Positions 40,038 through 53,361 of a stretch of 64,000 bases of DNA are shown here, in pieces. The notes under the pieces are model-generated. The model saw only the letters and a list, made by a program, of their open reading frames with translations, was not told the DNA's origin and searched no databases. Origin of the DNA: Macrostomum lignano (lineage: Eukaryota); NCBI GenBank assembly GCA_002269645.1, contig NIVC01003251.1:1-64000 (forward strand), written 5' to 3'. How positions within the stretch are numbered: the stretch's first letter is position 1; every line of letters starts with the position of its first letter. Both the position numbers and the translations under genes were made by a program.

Positions 40038-40822
40038 ATGGTGCAAGTTAAGGTGCAGTGGACCAGTCTGCTGCTAAGTCTGCTGGTGCTGACGGTGATC
40101 CCTATAATTTTAGGGTTCACTTTCGAAATGGTCACAAAGGACGGCTTGAAGAGTCCGGCGTCGATGAGCACTATGCCAGGTATTACCACCATAGAATGTT
40201 CTGTGAAGTGTGCTCAAACACCTGGTTGCTATGGTTTCTCCTGGCTGCATGGCCTGTGCCGATTTTTTAATTCGAGCTCATTCTTCGTGAGCCTATCGTC
40301 CAGTTCTTCGAAACTTTCGGTTTACAAACTGGGTGAGTCAGGAGTCGATCAGTTGTCTCAGTGACCCTGAATATAACTAGTCGGCGTCATAAATCTTGAA
40401 CTCAAATAAGAAATTGAAACATCTTTTCAGTTAATGCCAATAAGAAACTGAGTCTAGTTGGCTGCAAAAACAGTGCCACCCGCCAGTCGTACGTCTGCAC
40501 CAAAGCCATGGACGGTAACAGAGAGCAGAACGATGTGAGTTTTTGTAGTGTTACCATGCGGTCCTCTAACCAGTGGTGGAAGGCCCAGCTGTCCGCTCCA
40601 TCGCAGGTCGAATACCTCACCATCTACAACCGGATTAAAAATGCCGAGTTGCTCAACACCTTCAACTTGCTGGTTGACGGCGTCGAGTGCAACCGAGTGA
40701 ACCTGACGGAGCCGTTCTCCATCGCCAACTTCGGTTGTAACGCTTTCGGCAGCAAAGTTCGAGTTGTCAATCAGTTGTACACTCATCTCATTCTCTGCGA
40801 AGTTGAGATCTACGGTTACTAG
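40038..40822 (+). CDS. Secreted PAN/apple + F-type-lectin-like (F5/8C fold) protein, 228 aa; exons 40038-40332, 40431-40822
   Basis: Signal peptide; PAN-type CSVKCAQTPGCYGFSW..GLC; exon 2 DGN...WW.A.L.....YLTIYNR...C...C...LILCEVEIYGY. Phase-1 GT-AG intron. Confidence 0.8.
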
Positions 40823-41430
40823 CGACATCATGTGCAGCATCGAATTAACCTGATAACTTAGTCAGAGAAGACAAACTGTTGATAAGTGCCTAGACTAGCT
40901 CTGATTGTGAGCATATAGGCACTGGGTTTTCTGCTGGTTCAAAATCATCGTCTTGAATTCGTGCCATAGTGACGATTTAAACAAAATACACTGCTTGAGT
41001 TTGTTAAAGCGTCAGCATGCCAAAATGTTTCATCCAGAAGTTAATTACTCGATGCTAAGCCGGAGCCGCTTACGACAAATACTTCTTTAGTGGTTGAACA
41101 AATCATCCTTTTTAGCAACAACAAATGTGCAAGCTAGCACTCATAGTAGCAACTATAGAAACTGAAGAAAAAAATGCAGCAAAAAATAAATTAACAAGCA
41201 GCATAGCATTGCAATTTCATATTCAGATGTAAAAAATAAAGAGAAAGCCGAAAATCAACATGTAGGTTTTTACGACGCGTTTCGCACACCAAGGTGCATC
41301 GTCAGGTATATCGTTTAAAACGTAGGTGTGACTTTGACTTACTTGACTTAGCTGCAGGGCTGTCCCGGAGGGGACACAGCGGGAAGGCGCGGGCGCCCAT
41401 TCCGCTAATCCCTGAACGGCCGACGCGTCG

Positions 41431-44400
41431 CTATGGACGGAGGGTTGGCGCCGCCCAGGGAGGTCCCCCAGTGTCGCCAGCAGCTATAGTGCTCTCAGGA
41501 AAGGAGAATTCAGCCCTGCGGGTGGCCCGAAGGTAGCGCATGAGCTGATTAAAGTTTTCGGGTTTGCACGCTTCAGTAATAGATGTGTGTGGCCCGAGGT
41601 AAGTGAGTCTGGCCCGCGTGAAGGCGGGACAGATGCTGACGAAATGCTCAGCGGTTTCGTCACCTGAGTTGCAGAAACTACAGGTGGCGTTGGTGGCGTT
41701 GCCCTGCAGGTACTGGTGCCTGGAGAAGCAGCCGTGACCAGAGAGGGTCATGGTGGCAGCCCGGATGTCTCTGCGCGAGAGGCGCAAGAGGAGCTTCCGG
41801 AGCTGGTGAGAGGGCTGAGGGACAGCGCCTCTGGATTGCCTGCAGCTCGTGCGGTTCGCCCAAGTCGAACGGTGCTGAGTCCTGATCCACGCTTTGATGC
41901 GCGAGTCGATGACACAGCCAGGAATCGGGACAAGAGGTTTGGGGCCGAGAGAGGAGCCGGAGGCACCAACTTTTGCAAGGGTGTCAGCCAGCTCATTTCC
42001 TCGGATCCCCACATGCCCCGGAACCCACTTAAGGGTAATTTTGTTGGCGGAACCCAACACGTTGAGAAGTTTGATACAGTCGAGGACTGTAGCAGAGTTG
42101 GTGCTGCAGCCACTGATGGCGTGCAAGGCAGCTTGGCTGTCCGAATGGAAAATGATGTTCTTGCCAATAACGCCAGTGGCGAGAAGCTCTGCAGTGCAGG
42201 AGCTGATGGCCAGAACTTCATTTTGGAAAACACTGGAGTGTATTGAGCGTGGGTAGCGATGACCCTCCCGTTCAGAAAGATTCCAACACCAAAGCCGGTG
42301 TTGGCTGACTACTTCGAACCGTCGGTGTAGCAATGAAGCTCACCAAGGTTCCATTGCTCATTGATGTTATCGCGCGAGTCGATAGCTACGGAGTAGCGCT
42401 GTCTCAGGTTGAGCGTTGAGGCAATGCCATCGGTGAAGACGCGATTGGCCTGACACTCGTTGAGAAAGTTGAGGCACAGGTCGCTATGCGGGACAAGGTT
42501 CCGCTTAGCAGGTGCTCTCATGTAAATGAATTTGACGCCGGCATCAATTAGACGCCGCGTCGTTCTAGCCGCCTCACCCCTGACGAAGAGTCAAGAGGCG
42601 GTAGATTAAGGAAGGCCCCCATGCCAGCAAAGGGCGTGGACCTGGTGGCGTTGCAGATGAGCCTACACGCTCTGCCTTGGATCGTGTTGAGCAGGTCTGC
42701 ATGGCTTTTGACCTGGGTAGCGCTAACCCAGACAACAGAGGCGTACGTAATGGCAGGTCTAACTACGGAAGTATAGATCCACCAAAGCCGCTTTGGGGAT
42801 AGACCCCAAGAAGTGCCAAGTGCTCGTCGGAGCTGGGCCAGGATGGCTGAGGCACGCTTGGCTTTTGCTTTCACGTGGAAGGACCAGTTGAGCTGGTGGT
42901 CAAGTGTGACCCCGAGACATCTGGTCTGGTGCGCGAAGGCAATATCTCTGCCGTAGAGCTGCAGAGGACGTATGTTCCAGCGTAGTCTGCTGGTAAACAT
43001 AATGGCAACGGTTTTGGGCTCAGAGAGTTCCAGACCATTGTCATTGGCCCAGGATTCTGCTTTGCGGATAAAGCTCTGCATCAGATCCCTGAGCGTGCTG
43101 GGAGACGGTCCTGCCACAATGGCCGTGACGTCATCAGCATACCCGACTTTGAAGACGGGGTCGGGTCGGGAGTCACTCAAAAGAGCGTCCATGACCAGGT
43201 TCCAGAGCGTCGGGGTGAGGACTCCGCCTTGGGGTCCACCCTTACAGACTTTGGTGGAGGCAGTTTGCCCAAGAATTTGGGCAGTGACCGTACGGTTGGA
43301 GATCATGTACATGATCCACCGTATGAGGGTAGCATGAGCTTTGCGATTTTGAAGGGCCCTCTGAAACGCTTCAAAGATAACGTTGTCGAAGGCGCCAACA
43401 ATGTCAAGAAAGAGAGCCAGGGCGTAACCGTCACCCAGTACCGCCCTTTCAATCTTCTCGACAATCGCATGCAGGGCGCTGTCAGTCGACCTCCCGGTAC
43501 GGAAGGCGTGCTGATTATTGCTGAGGGGCATCGCTGTCAGCTCGCAGGACAGCAGCCGCCAGAGAATAAGCCTCTCAGTGAGCTTAAGCATTGCTGACGT
43601 TAAGCTAATAGGCCGGAAGGCCTTGACGCTTTGGTAGTCACCCTTCCCAGGTTTGGGAATAAAGACTACCCGAGCTTCAGTCCAGCATTTGGGAACGTAT
43701 CCCAGCTGGATAGAGGCCCGCATAAGATTGCGGGTGAGTCTCAGGAACGAGGGTATCTTGGCTGCTTCACGAAGGAGAACAGGGTAGATACCATCAGGTC
43801 CAGGAGATTTGAAGGGTTTGAAGGTTCTGACCGCACGAGCGATTAGGTCTTCAGTGACAGTGCCCGCCGCTAGGGTGGCTCCATCCATCGAATGGTTGGG
43901 CTCCGGTCTAGCAGTAGGTATCCTCGGGAAGAATGTGCTAAGCGTTTGCTGAAGCACTTCTTCAGGGTCTTTAGTAAGAGAGCCATCATCTTTTTTGATC
44001 ATGGCTAATTTGGACATTTTGTCCATTGTAAGGGCCTTGACAAGCCTAGAAGTAGGTCTGTCTTGATCCAATTCATTGCAGAATTGGCGCCACTTACATT
44101 CCTTGGCCTTGCGCACTTCAGATTTGAATTTGCGGGAGGCTTGCCGGAAAAGCTCCATGTCCTCCGGGTTTCCGGTCTTCATGGCACAGCGATGAAGGCT
44201 TTTGGCCTTCCGCCTGAGTTTCCCCAGCTCCGGGTTCCACCACGGCGCCGAGGTCTTGCCTTTGTAGGCGCGAGCAGGACAAGCCGCTTCGTAGGCTGCA
44301 ATAATGCAACCTGTCAGCGTCTCAGCCATATGATCCACATCCTCGCAGGTCTCAATCGGACGTAAGTCCGTGAGTTCCTGCAGGTGCAGATCAAGGGCAG

Positions 44401-45157
44401 CCTTGTAGGCCGCCCAATCAGTGTTGCGGATATTGCGCCTCCAAGTGATCGGAGACTGGGTTTTAGTGTCCGCGATGTTAAAGGCGATAAAGCAGTGGTC
44501 AGACAGGGAGGGCTCCTCAGACCAGACTCTCCACTCCTCAACTCTGTCAAAGAGTCTTGGGTAACGAGTGTGGCGTCGAGGACCTCGGTCCATCTGCCAT
44601 TATTAAAGGTACGAGTGCTGCCGCGGTTGCAGAGCATGAGGTTTGTGTTAGAGATGAGGGCCAGAAGCTCCTCTCCTCTAGTGTTGGTATCTTTGCTACC
44701 CCAGTGCTTGTGATGCGCGTTGAGGTCGCCCCCTAAGCACAACTCAGCGTTCTGGGACTCGCAGTACTGCGCAAGGCGCAGTAAACTCTCGGGAGCAGGG
44801 TCTCTGTCGCCTGGGATATAAACCGAGGCAACAAGACACGTACGCGGAGAGAAATGATTAGATTGGATGACGCAAAGGTCTCCATCAGAGAGATCAGTCC
44901 TCAGCCAAGCCTGGAGATGGCTAGCAGCGAGGATAGCCGCTCTAGGGCGGCTGTTCCCCGGGCCACACACAAAAATCAGAGTCGCCAGAGGGAATGTTGG
45001 GCAACTTACCGTTGCGCATCCAGGGTTCCTGGATCAGGATGAGGCCTGGCCTGTACAGCTCAGCAATCTTCATCAGATTTACTGACGCAGATACGCAATG
45101 CTGTAAATTAATTTGCAGACAGAATGTCGCTCCTTTGGCAGCGTGGAGCTTAGTCAT
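41431..45157 (-). pseudogene. LINE ORF2 (APE endonuclease-RT-RNase H), disrupted
   Basis: Consecutive minus-strand ORF pieces 45157-44942, 44970-44314, 44593-42548, 42521-42309 and 42333-41431 carry the domains in order. Confidence 0.92.
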
Positions 45158-45196
45158 ACTGTATTAAATGCAATGTCTGGCTAGAGCCCAGGGCCA

Positions 45197-46757
45197 TCAA
45201 GGAGACTTGGACAACAGATCGTCCTCGTCCCAGGCCGCTGGGGCTTGACTGGGAGATGGGAGTTGGTCGACGTCCATGGCCTCCTCACCCCCACCGGCCA
45301 CCCCAGCAGAGTCCTCAGGCTCCGATGACAGGATGGAGGAAGCTTCCTTACCTGCATCTTTACCTTCAGACCCCACCAGGGTGGCCGAGGAGAGCTCGGA
45401 TTCCGAAGACCCGGCCTCGTCCTCAACTCCTTCTCCGACTAGCAGGTTTGGTTCCCGGGGCTTGGCCGGAGCCGTTACCGCGGTCGCCGAACTGCTGCTA
45501 GCAGAGGGGCGAGACGCAGCTTTGGCTTTGGGATCGGCTTGCGCCTTTCCTTGGGTCTTAGACTGCGCCCCGCTCTTGCCGGAGATGCCGGGGTTGGCAG
45601 TAGCCTTCCCTTTGGCAGACTTTCCTCGGCGCATCTTGAGCTTGAGGGCATCCAGCTGGAAAGAGGATCCATTAGGGTACCGACTCGCCCAAGTGCTGGA
45701 AAGGCCGAGGACAATTGAGTTGCCCGTCTCCCCCCTGCGGACTTGGCGGTGATACACCAGTCCACTAGCAGGGAGGTCGGGGTTCAGACGCAGTAGGACC
45801 CGGCGGATAACGTCTGGTCCAGCTGCGGTGCTCTTAGCAGGGACGAAAACCATAGGGTATCGTCTTTGGACGCTGGCCCTCGCGAAGAAAAAGAGCTCCG
45901 CCAAGGTCAGCATCCAAGGAGACCGTCGGTAGCCGCTGGAGCAGCTGCCGAGCGTCCTCCTCGCTGCTAGGAGCAATAAGAACGAATGTGCTTCGCAGCA
46001 CCATCCGCTCAATGCCGATGGAGATTCCCTCCTCGACAGTCAGCTCAATCAGATAGGAGTCAACAGCACTCCACACTTTTTGAAGCTGATCAGTGGTCCA
46101 GTCCTGGTCGCGACCTTGGATGATCACTCCCGGGATTTTGGCCTTGGCCTTCGCCGCAAAGGTAGCTCCCGAAGGAACCTCCTTGTTGGCAGTGGCCATT
46201 TGCTGCGCCGTGGTTTCGGCCTCAGCAGCCGCAGCAGCATCTCCAGGGAGCGCCGCCGCTGAACTACTGGAGCTTCCACCGGCCGGCCCGCCTGGTTGCC
46301 TTGGGACTCCAGTCGCTTCAGCATCCATGGTGGACGCCGCCGCTTTGGCCCCCGCAGCTCCCTGCTTGGCCTGCCTTTTGGCGCGTTGTTTAGCGCGTTT
46401 GCGCTCAAGCCGAGCCCGCTGAGCTTCATCGGATCTGCCAGATTTGGCCGGTCCTTTAGGCTCAGAGCTCGCGGTTCCCTTAGATCCACCAGCGGAGCTG
46501 GAAGGTCTTTGGGCATTTTGAGTTTGGTAGCTCTGGTCGGATCTGCCAGCAGAGCCAGCCGGTCCTTCCTTTGCCACAGTTGAATCAGTCGGTTGGGATC
46601 TGCCAGCAGGGCCGGCCGGTCCTTCGGACTGAGGTTGGGGTTTAGAAGGGTCCCCGTCCCTAGAAAAAGCTTGGTTATCCATAGTCGGCTCGAAGGCCAT
46701 GATAAAAGGTTGTTGGGCTACCCTCAAAGGGGCGCGGTACCCACCCGGCCGCTCCAC
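45197..46757 (-). pseudogene. LINE ORF1 (DUF4780-like, LOA-type), frameshifted near 45860
   Basis: Two overlapping ORFs (46757-45834, 46012-45197). VFVP...VIRRVLLRLNPDLP resembles the LOA ORF1 domain. Confidence 0.65.
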
Positions 46758-48654
46758 CTGACCGGGCAGTAGGCCAATAGAACCCTCAAGGCTGGCCCGA
46801 CACCAGGAGGGGGACCGCTTGCGACCGGACTACTCCCCGGCCTTCCAGCCCATCGGCACGGTCAACACCTTAGGCATTTGAGAGTACGTTGAGCAGTACC
46901 ACGGCCTGCAGGTTGGCGAGCCAGACCCGCATACCCAAATTCGGCCGAAGCCACTGGATAGGGTCGCCAGCGCCGGAGCCCAGTCTGTCCAGCAGCCCTA
47001 GGGTCTGCCTTGAACACACGCGGGGACGAGTACCCTGGGTCGACTTGCGAGACAGCGTGGGGGGGGGTCTGCGGCTGCCAGAGGCAAGTAGAGGGTGCAG
47101 ACCTCCCACCGGCCTTGACCTGCCAAAGATAGGGGCAGGCGTGAAGCATCGCAGACCGTAGCCCATAGGCCTAGTCTGTCTCATACTTCACTGGCGTGCT
47201 GAATACACCTTCGCGTGCAACGTAGGTGTGAGTAAAGCGAATTTATAAATTTTTGTCAATGAAACAAATGTAGCTGGTATAAATTCGATTGACTCACACC
47301 ATTAATTTCAGTTAGGATGGAGGTGAATGGGGGGAACCCTCAAAAAGTGACAGGTGCAGCCATTAATCATCAAATTTCAATACATTTTTTAAATGAGTTT
47401 TAACAATGCTAAGTAAAAAAATTAGCATGAAATCTCATAGAATTCACTTCATGGAAATCTCATGTGAGTTATCGCAAGCCAGCATACCAGATGGCCGATT
47501 AATACCTTGACGTCTGGTGATTTGGTGGTATGGAAAAGAAAAAAACCATGAAAGAGAGAGCAATACTAATATGAAAGACAAAGGGTACAAAGGAGGTAAT
47601 AAAAAAGAGGAAATGAAAGAATGGGAACGATAGGGAAGTGTTGTGATTTACAATGCTTGCGCAATGAATTGACCACTGACAATTAACTATTGACCTTATT
47701 GAATGCGTGGGCGTATACTATACTCAGACTAGAATGTGTAGGTGATTGCGTATCGATTTGGCAATGCAACGTGCAAGTAGTTTCATCTCTATAAATATAT
47801 TGTGAGCGAGATGTGTATCTCTGAACTCAAAAGCTTCAATCAAAGAAACTCTCTGTGTTAATTAGAACACAACAGGAAGATTATAATCCCAACTGGCCAT
47901 AGTGAGTACACAACAGAGGAAAGAGCTCATGTGCCGTCATACCAGTGCGAGGGCTGTCCGAGTACTGGATACTCAGAAGTCCCAGGTCGTTTCCCCTTGA
48001 CTCATCAAATGATTCATTCCACCCCATCATTGCTTGTTCACCTTCGCGTTACTTCCTCAGGCTCTTCCTCACGTTTTAAACCTCGTATCTCCCAAAGCTA
48101 TTTTGCTTCTTTCGCGTGACCTATTGCGCAACCCTCGGATTTTATAGGTCGTCTACGCACATGACGTCACTTGGCTGCCAAACGACGCCATTCAAGGAAT
48201 GGTCAAGGCCACTTTGTTCTCATATCATGCCTGTGATTTTTTATTAAAGACAGTGGCTGTGTGCACCCTGGCGCACTTTAAGCGACATTGTCACACAACC
48301 GGCGAGAGGCATTGCTGCCCATTCCGCCGACTCCCCTGAGCAGGCACACAAGCGCAAGGATACGAACGCAGTCATACGCACAGGCACACACTCACACAGG
48401 AGTGTACAGCGGCCCTAACTTTACTTTATTTATCGTCAGGCATGTACACTGTGCCTTGGAGGTTGGCCCCTCAAGGGCATTACAAGCAGATCCAAGCTGA
48501 GATTTGCAACGAAGTTTTGGTTGGTTATTCCCGCAGCCAATCGCTTTGTCATGAAAGAATTTTCATAAATCAATAAATAATGAAGATTGCTTCTGAGCCC
48601 TAGGTTTCCACAGCTACCCGAGACAGAAGCAGTTGCCCAAATCCAGCCTCCAGC

Positions 48655-49451
48655 ATGCATTGCCAAACTGTTGAGCACTTTCTACCCCTGCTGCTGCTGC
48701 TGCTGACTGCCAGTCCACCAGCGGCTGGCTTCACCTTTGAAATCGTGGGATCCGAGAGCTCATCAGCCCCTGCCAGCATGAAGTCTGTGGCTGGCAGAAG
48801 CACCTTGGACTGCTCGGTGAAGTGTGCTCAAACAGCCGGCTGCATCGGATTCTCCTGGCTGCAGAGTCTGTGCCAGCTGTTCGACTTGAGCGCCTTCTCT
48901 GGCACCTGGCTGAGCTCGCCACCCTGCGAGGTGTTCAAGCTGATAGAAGAGCCGGCAGCTGCTGCCAGTAAGGAACGAAACGTCACATGCGCATACAGTT
49001 TTATTTTAGTCTGGTAAACCCTGAAGCTCATTCACAACTCTGGCTACTCGTTCCCGCAGGTGCTTCGCCCGCCAACATAAAAAAGTTGAACATTTCCAGC
49101 TGCCAGCACAGCAATACCTACCTGAGCTACCACTGCACAATCTCTATGGATGGCAACAGGGACCAGACCGTCTACAGCGCCACTGTAAAAAACATCGGCG
49201 AATGGTGGGAGGCGCGGCTGGCCGCTCCAGCTTTCGCGGCCTACATCACCATCTACAACCGGCTTTCCAGTGCTAGTTGGCTCAACAAGTTCAACTTGGT
49301 GGTTGATGGCATTGAGTGCAACCGAGTGGACCTGACAGAGCCGTTCTCCATCGCCAACTTCACCTGCAACGCTTTCGGCAGCGCAGTTCGAGTTGTCACC
49401 CAGCTGAGCAATCATCTCGTTATCTGCGAAGTTGAGATCTACGGTTACTGA
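48655..49451 (+). CDS. Secreted PAN/apple + F-type-lectin-like protein, 234 aa; exons 48655-48967, 49060-49451
   Basis: Signal peptide (FLPLLLLLLTASPPAAG|FTFE); CSVKCAQTAGCIGFSW..LC; exon 2 is 392 nt as in the paralogue and ends CEVEIYGY*. Confidence 0.8.
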
Positions 49452-50579
49452 GACGTCAAGGTCGTGTCAAATGAATAGCGGATCAAATTTATCCCTAAGC
49501 TGCAAAATCTTACTTTTTTATACAACTATAAAACTGACATAAATTAGATTTTTTACTCTTTAACAACTCTTTGAAGATGAATTTGAAATTTAGGACTTGT
49601 AGAAAAGTAGATAAGTAGAAACTCCTAGCGACTCAGAAAAAATAAACGCTGGAAATACCTTTCTTGTTGAGCCGCATCAAATCAATCAAATTTGAGTAAT
49701 TAATGCTGTTTTCGAACCCACCGCCGACCACAAAGACTCCATGGCTACTCCAGCCCTGTATTCGCTCTCCAGTTTCCAGTAAAAAGTGAAAATCTATTCA
49801 CAACAACAAAAATGTTTGCTGGGTTTGGGAAATTCAAGCTAAGAACGACACTGTGGAGAGAATTGCAGAGGTTCCGCCTCTTGACTGGTCGGTTTCCTGT
49901 TGCTAGAGCCTTACTTTCGAAGAAAGAACTACAATGAAGGGCAGGAAAAGTGGATTGAAATACTTTCAGTGGCGATCAAACCTGTTAAAAGTTCTCTATA
50001 GGCACTTAGACTGGAAATTTTTCGGGGTCTGCTTTTGTTTCAATCCACAGGAATCTAGTTGCTTTTAGAGTTATTAGCTCAGCGAGATTGGCACGGCTTT
50101 TAGTCATGAGTAGCCTTCGCTTAACCCCCAGTTCTGAGCTGCAGCTCCCCACCTGCCCGTGCCCGGTTGCCTGTGCCTTTAGTCTCCGTCTCCTCAGAGT
50201 CCGCTCCGTCTGCTCCTTGTTCTCGACATTCATTCGTATTTTTTCCTCACATGACCAGCTCAGGCTTGTCCAGTCTGCGAGTGCAATAAAACATGTTTAC
50301 CAAACTTCCTTGGTCGCGTGTATTTTTTACATGTCTGTGCCAAGGACCTAAGTATCGCGACTTCTTGCTTCTGGTTCAAGGATTCAAAAAACACCAGATA
50401 TGTCAACTCTAGCATATTGGTTTCGCGTGAAGATTGTTCCATTAGGCTGATATAAGTTTTGTCTCTGCTCTGGCTTGATGGAGCTCTGGAGCTCTGGAGC
50501 TTCAGCCCCAAGAAGAACCCCAATCCTCCTGATCACTCGCTGTTCAGAGACTAATAGCGTTCTGTTCAGCCCACCTTAA

Positions 50580-53361
50580 CCATGAGCGGGCGGATGGCCC
50601 GAGTTCGGGTCATCCCACCAGCACCGAAGCGAACGGCTGCGCGTTTGTAAAAGTCTATGGCAAATCAATCATCATCTCAGCACTCCCGTTCCCGACGGGA
50701 ATGGCCCAATTTCGGGTCAGTGTCTAAGAAGGTTGCAAATAGTAGATGACGCAAAAATGAGAATTATTAGCTTAGATATGTCACACCTGTAATTTTAATA
50801 ACTCGTTTATAATAAAACTACTGTGGAAGTTTTTTAACAAAACTGTAAAAATTTATTGTACGAAGTAAGCTTGTTCCCAATGAAGCCGGAATAGTCTAAT
50901 TACATGACTTATAAGGGACAATTTCCAAGTAGGAAAAGATGTAAACACTGGAGCATCTGTAAGACACGAGTAAGCAGGATGGTACAATGAGTAGGTAGGT
51001 AGGTAGTTAGGTAGGTGGTTAGGTACATGTGGGTAGGTGATGAAAGGGAACGGCCAGTTAAGGGATTGTGCCTGAATAGGAGACTCAGAACTGTGGTACA
51101 TGCACTTGCACGGGACTGCAATAGAGCCGAAAAATTCATACACGAATAATGCAACGCATAACAATTCAGTGAATAACGAACATTAACATCAACAAAAATT
51201 CGAATACGTAATAACGGTTTTGATTCATCTAATGGTTTGAAGGTAATAAAGCTAATAGCTAATAGTTAGTGCGAGAGTGCCAGTGTGAAAAACAGGCACC
51301 TAGGCAAAGGGCTGGAACTCCCGGGCAGGCTTCGCAAACGAATGTAGTCTTCTTGACCTGGCCAGCTGCATAGCACACACGACATCTTTTGCGTGGTCGG
51401 ACCTGGTCTTCCGATTCTTGGAGCCTTGCTTGGTGAATGGGCGTCAGCACCATCTCCTCCGCCAATAGCAAGAGCGCCAGCACCACCTGGTGTAGGTCCA
51501 CGTCTCCTGGCAACCCCAGCGTCCTCCACAAGTCTCTTTATTGCCAGCCTCAGAAACTGCAGAAAGGTCTTGGTGCCACCTGACTGTCGGTAGATCATCC
51601 ACGAGTTCTGCACAAGCATCGCAAGAAGATGAAATCCCATATTGTGGAACCAGCGCATGCTCTTTCGGTTCGCGAGGTACGGGTGCATTGAGGCATCCAA
51701 ATGGTCAATCCCGCCCATACTGGAAGAATAGGCAAGCACGCTAGCAGGCTTTTGCACTACCGCGACGGTTGCGTTGAACCTGAATGCATTCTGCCTTGCC
51801 CGCCGTGTCCAGCAAATACAGGGTCTTGGTGCCGCTTTGCTTCCTGTCGACAAATTTACACGCTAAGAGGTCACCTGAACGTGCGAATGCAGATGAAGTT
51901 GGGTGGATGTTGACAGCCTGCAAATCAGCGGGAATGCCGCGATCCTTTCGCACCGTCCCAGCCAGCAGCGTATCGTGTTGCAGCAACCAATCGACCAGCC
52001 GGCGTGATGTAAACCAACTATCAGTGAACACATGATGTCCGAGATGGAGGAGACCGCGGCACAGCTCTGCCACAACTCTCACGCTCATACTCATGCCTTG
52101 ACATCCGAGTCGTTCACCAAACTGTTGATTAACCTCAGGAGACGTGTGGATGACGAAGTTCCATAAATGACACAACGGAGACACGACAGGAGCTGCTTAA
52201 ATCGGTCTCTTGATAGAGAGAAAGGCTTGGAAAGAAACGGGCAGTGAAAGATCAGGTCGGTTGACCAGTAGCTGGCTATTTCTGGCTTCTTGTCGACTCC
52301 CATGAGCAGCACAATGCCCACCAACTTTCGAGCTTCATTAGTGGAGCAATCACGCCAGTTTAACACCAGCTTCGGTACAGCATCCTGAGTCTCTGCCTCC
52401 TGAAAGATCTTCCAGGCTTTTGCGTTGGTCCATCGGCTAATATCTTCAAACAGTTGATCCGTCAGAAATAGCTTCAGGAAAGCTTCTTCGTTTCCATCCG
52501 CAGCATGTGGAGAATGCCAATCAGGTCGTGCACCGGGCTACCGAGGAATTCAGGCAAGGCTGATGGTCGATTATCAGTGTCAGCTTGAACCATGTGCCAC
52601 TCACCAACGTGTTCGACTCCTGGGTTCTCTACCTTATCTTCAAACTCATCAACGGCCTCGTCAGCAGTTGAGTAATAGCTGGACGAATCAGCTGAATCCG
52701 AACTCGCACCAGAATCCATGGTTTGTTGATAAACGATTAGTTTGAATGGATCTTGGAAACTCTATGCCAGAACTCTATGAAATGAATTTGACTTTAACAG
52801 CTCCCGACGTCTACGGGTGTGAAAGTTAGACTAAGAAAATTTGTCTAATTTGTCTATGGCCCGATTTCGGAGCCGTCGGGACTATGGCACATTATGTTAC
52901 TTATGGCACACTATGGCACATTATGTTACTTATGGCACACTATGGCACATTATGTTACTTATGGCACACTATGGCACATTATGTTACTTATGGCACACTA
53001 TGGCACACTATGGCACACTATGGTACACTATGGCACAGTATGGCACACTATGGCACACTATGGCATACTATGGCACACTATGGCACACTTTGGCACACTA
53101 TCGCACTCTGGCACAATATGGCATACAAAGCAAATTTTCTGACTGTGGTAGCTTGTAACAGAAAGACATCAACACACACTGTATGGCCTGAGCCACTACA
53201 TTCGAAAATTACAGATTTATAATCTGAAACTGTAACACTGAAACACTATCGCAGGAAAATGATCTTCGCTATCTATTGTCAACAAATGCACAGAGAGGGC
53301 AGATAGATGGTTGGTTTGAGGTTAGAATGTACGAGGATTCCTGGGCCCGCTTCGCTTAGGG
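50580..53361 (-). mobile_element. piggyBac-family DNA transposon, internally deleted and frameshifted (transposase remnants ~52719-51259)
   Basis: FLKLFLTDQLF..I..WTN, LLMG..KKPEIASYWSTD, SRDRFKQLLSCLR, HVFTDSWFTS, GTVRKDRG, MGGIDHLD and a C-terminal CRVC...C..C...LC...CF..WH cysteine-rich domain. Left end is TTAA|CCATGAGCGGGCGG; right end reverse complement is CCCTAAGCGAAGCGG with a degenerate TTAA. Subterminal ATGGCCC..TTCGG repeats at ~50595, ~50701 and ~52856. Confidence 0.85.
52880..53120. repeat. 10-bp minisatellite (TATGGCACAC)n inside the piggyBac 5' region
   Basis: Directly visible. Confidence 0.9.

Larger units (their letters stand above)
41332..47218 (-). mobile_element. Full-length non-LTR retrotransposon, LOA clade (I group), ~5.9 kb, defective
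   Basis: 13-bp TSD AACGTAGGTGTGA (41319-41331 and 47219-47231); AAGTC-like tandem 3' tail. ORF1 ~46757-45197. ORF2 ~45157-41431 has APE (LQINLQHC..ILIQEPW; GDLNAHH..WG), RT (FRPISL, QGGVLTP.LWN, YADD) and RNase H (YTDGSK, SDSQAAL, WVPGH.GI.GNE.AD). Several frameshifts and one in-frame TAG. Confidence 0.95.

Noticed and set aside
46760-47218. HDV-like or hammerhead ribozyme in the LINE 5' UTR
   Set aside because: Candidate L3-like words (TCCCCGCG, TTCACGC) could not be fitted with P1/P3/P1.1 pairings by eye, and no CTGATGA...GAAA core was seen. A covariance search is needed.
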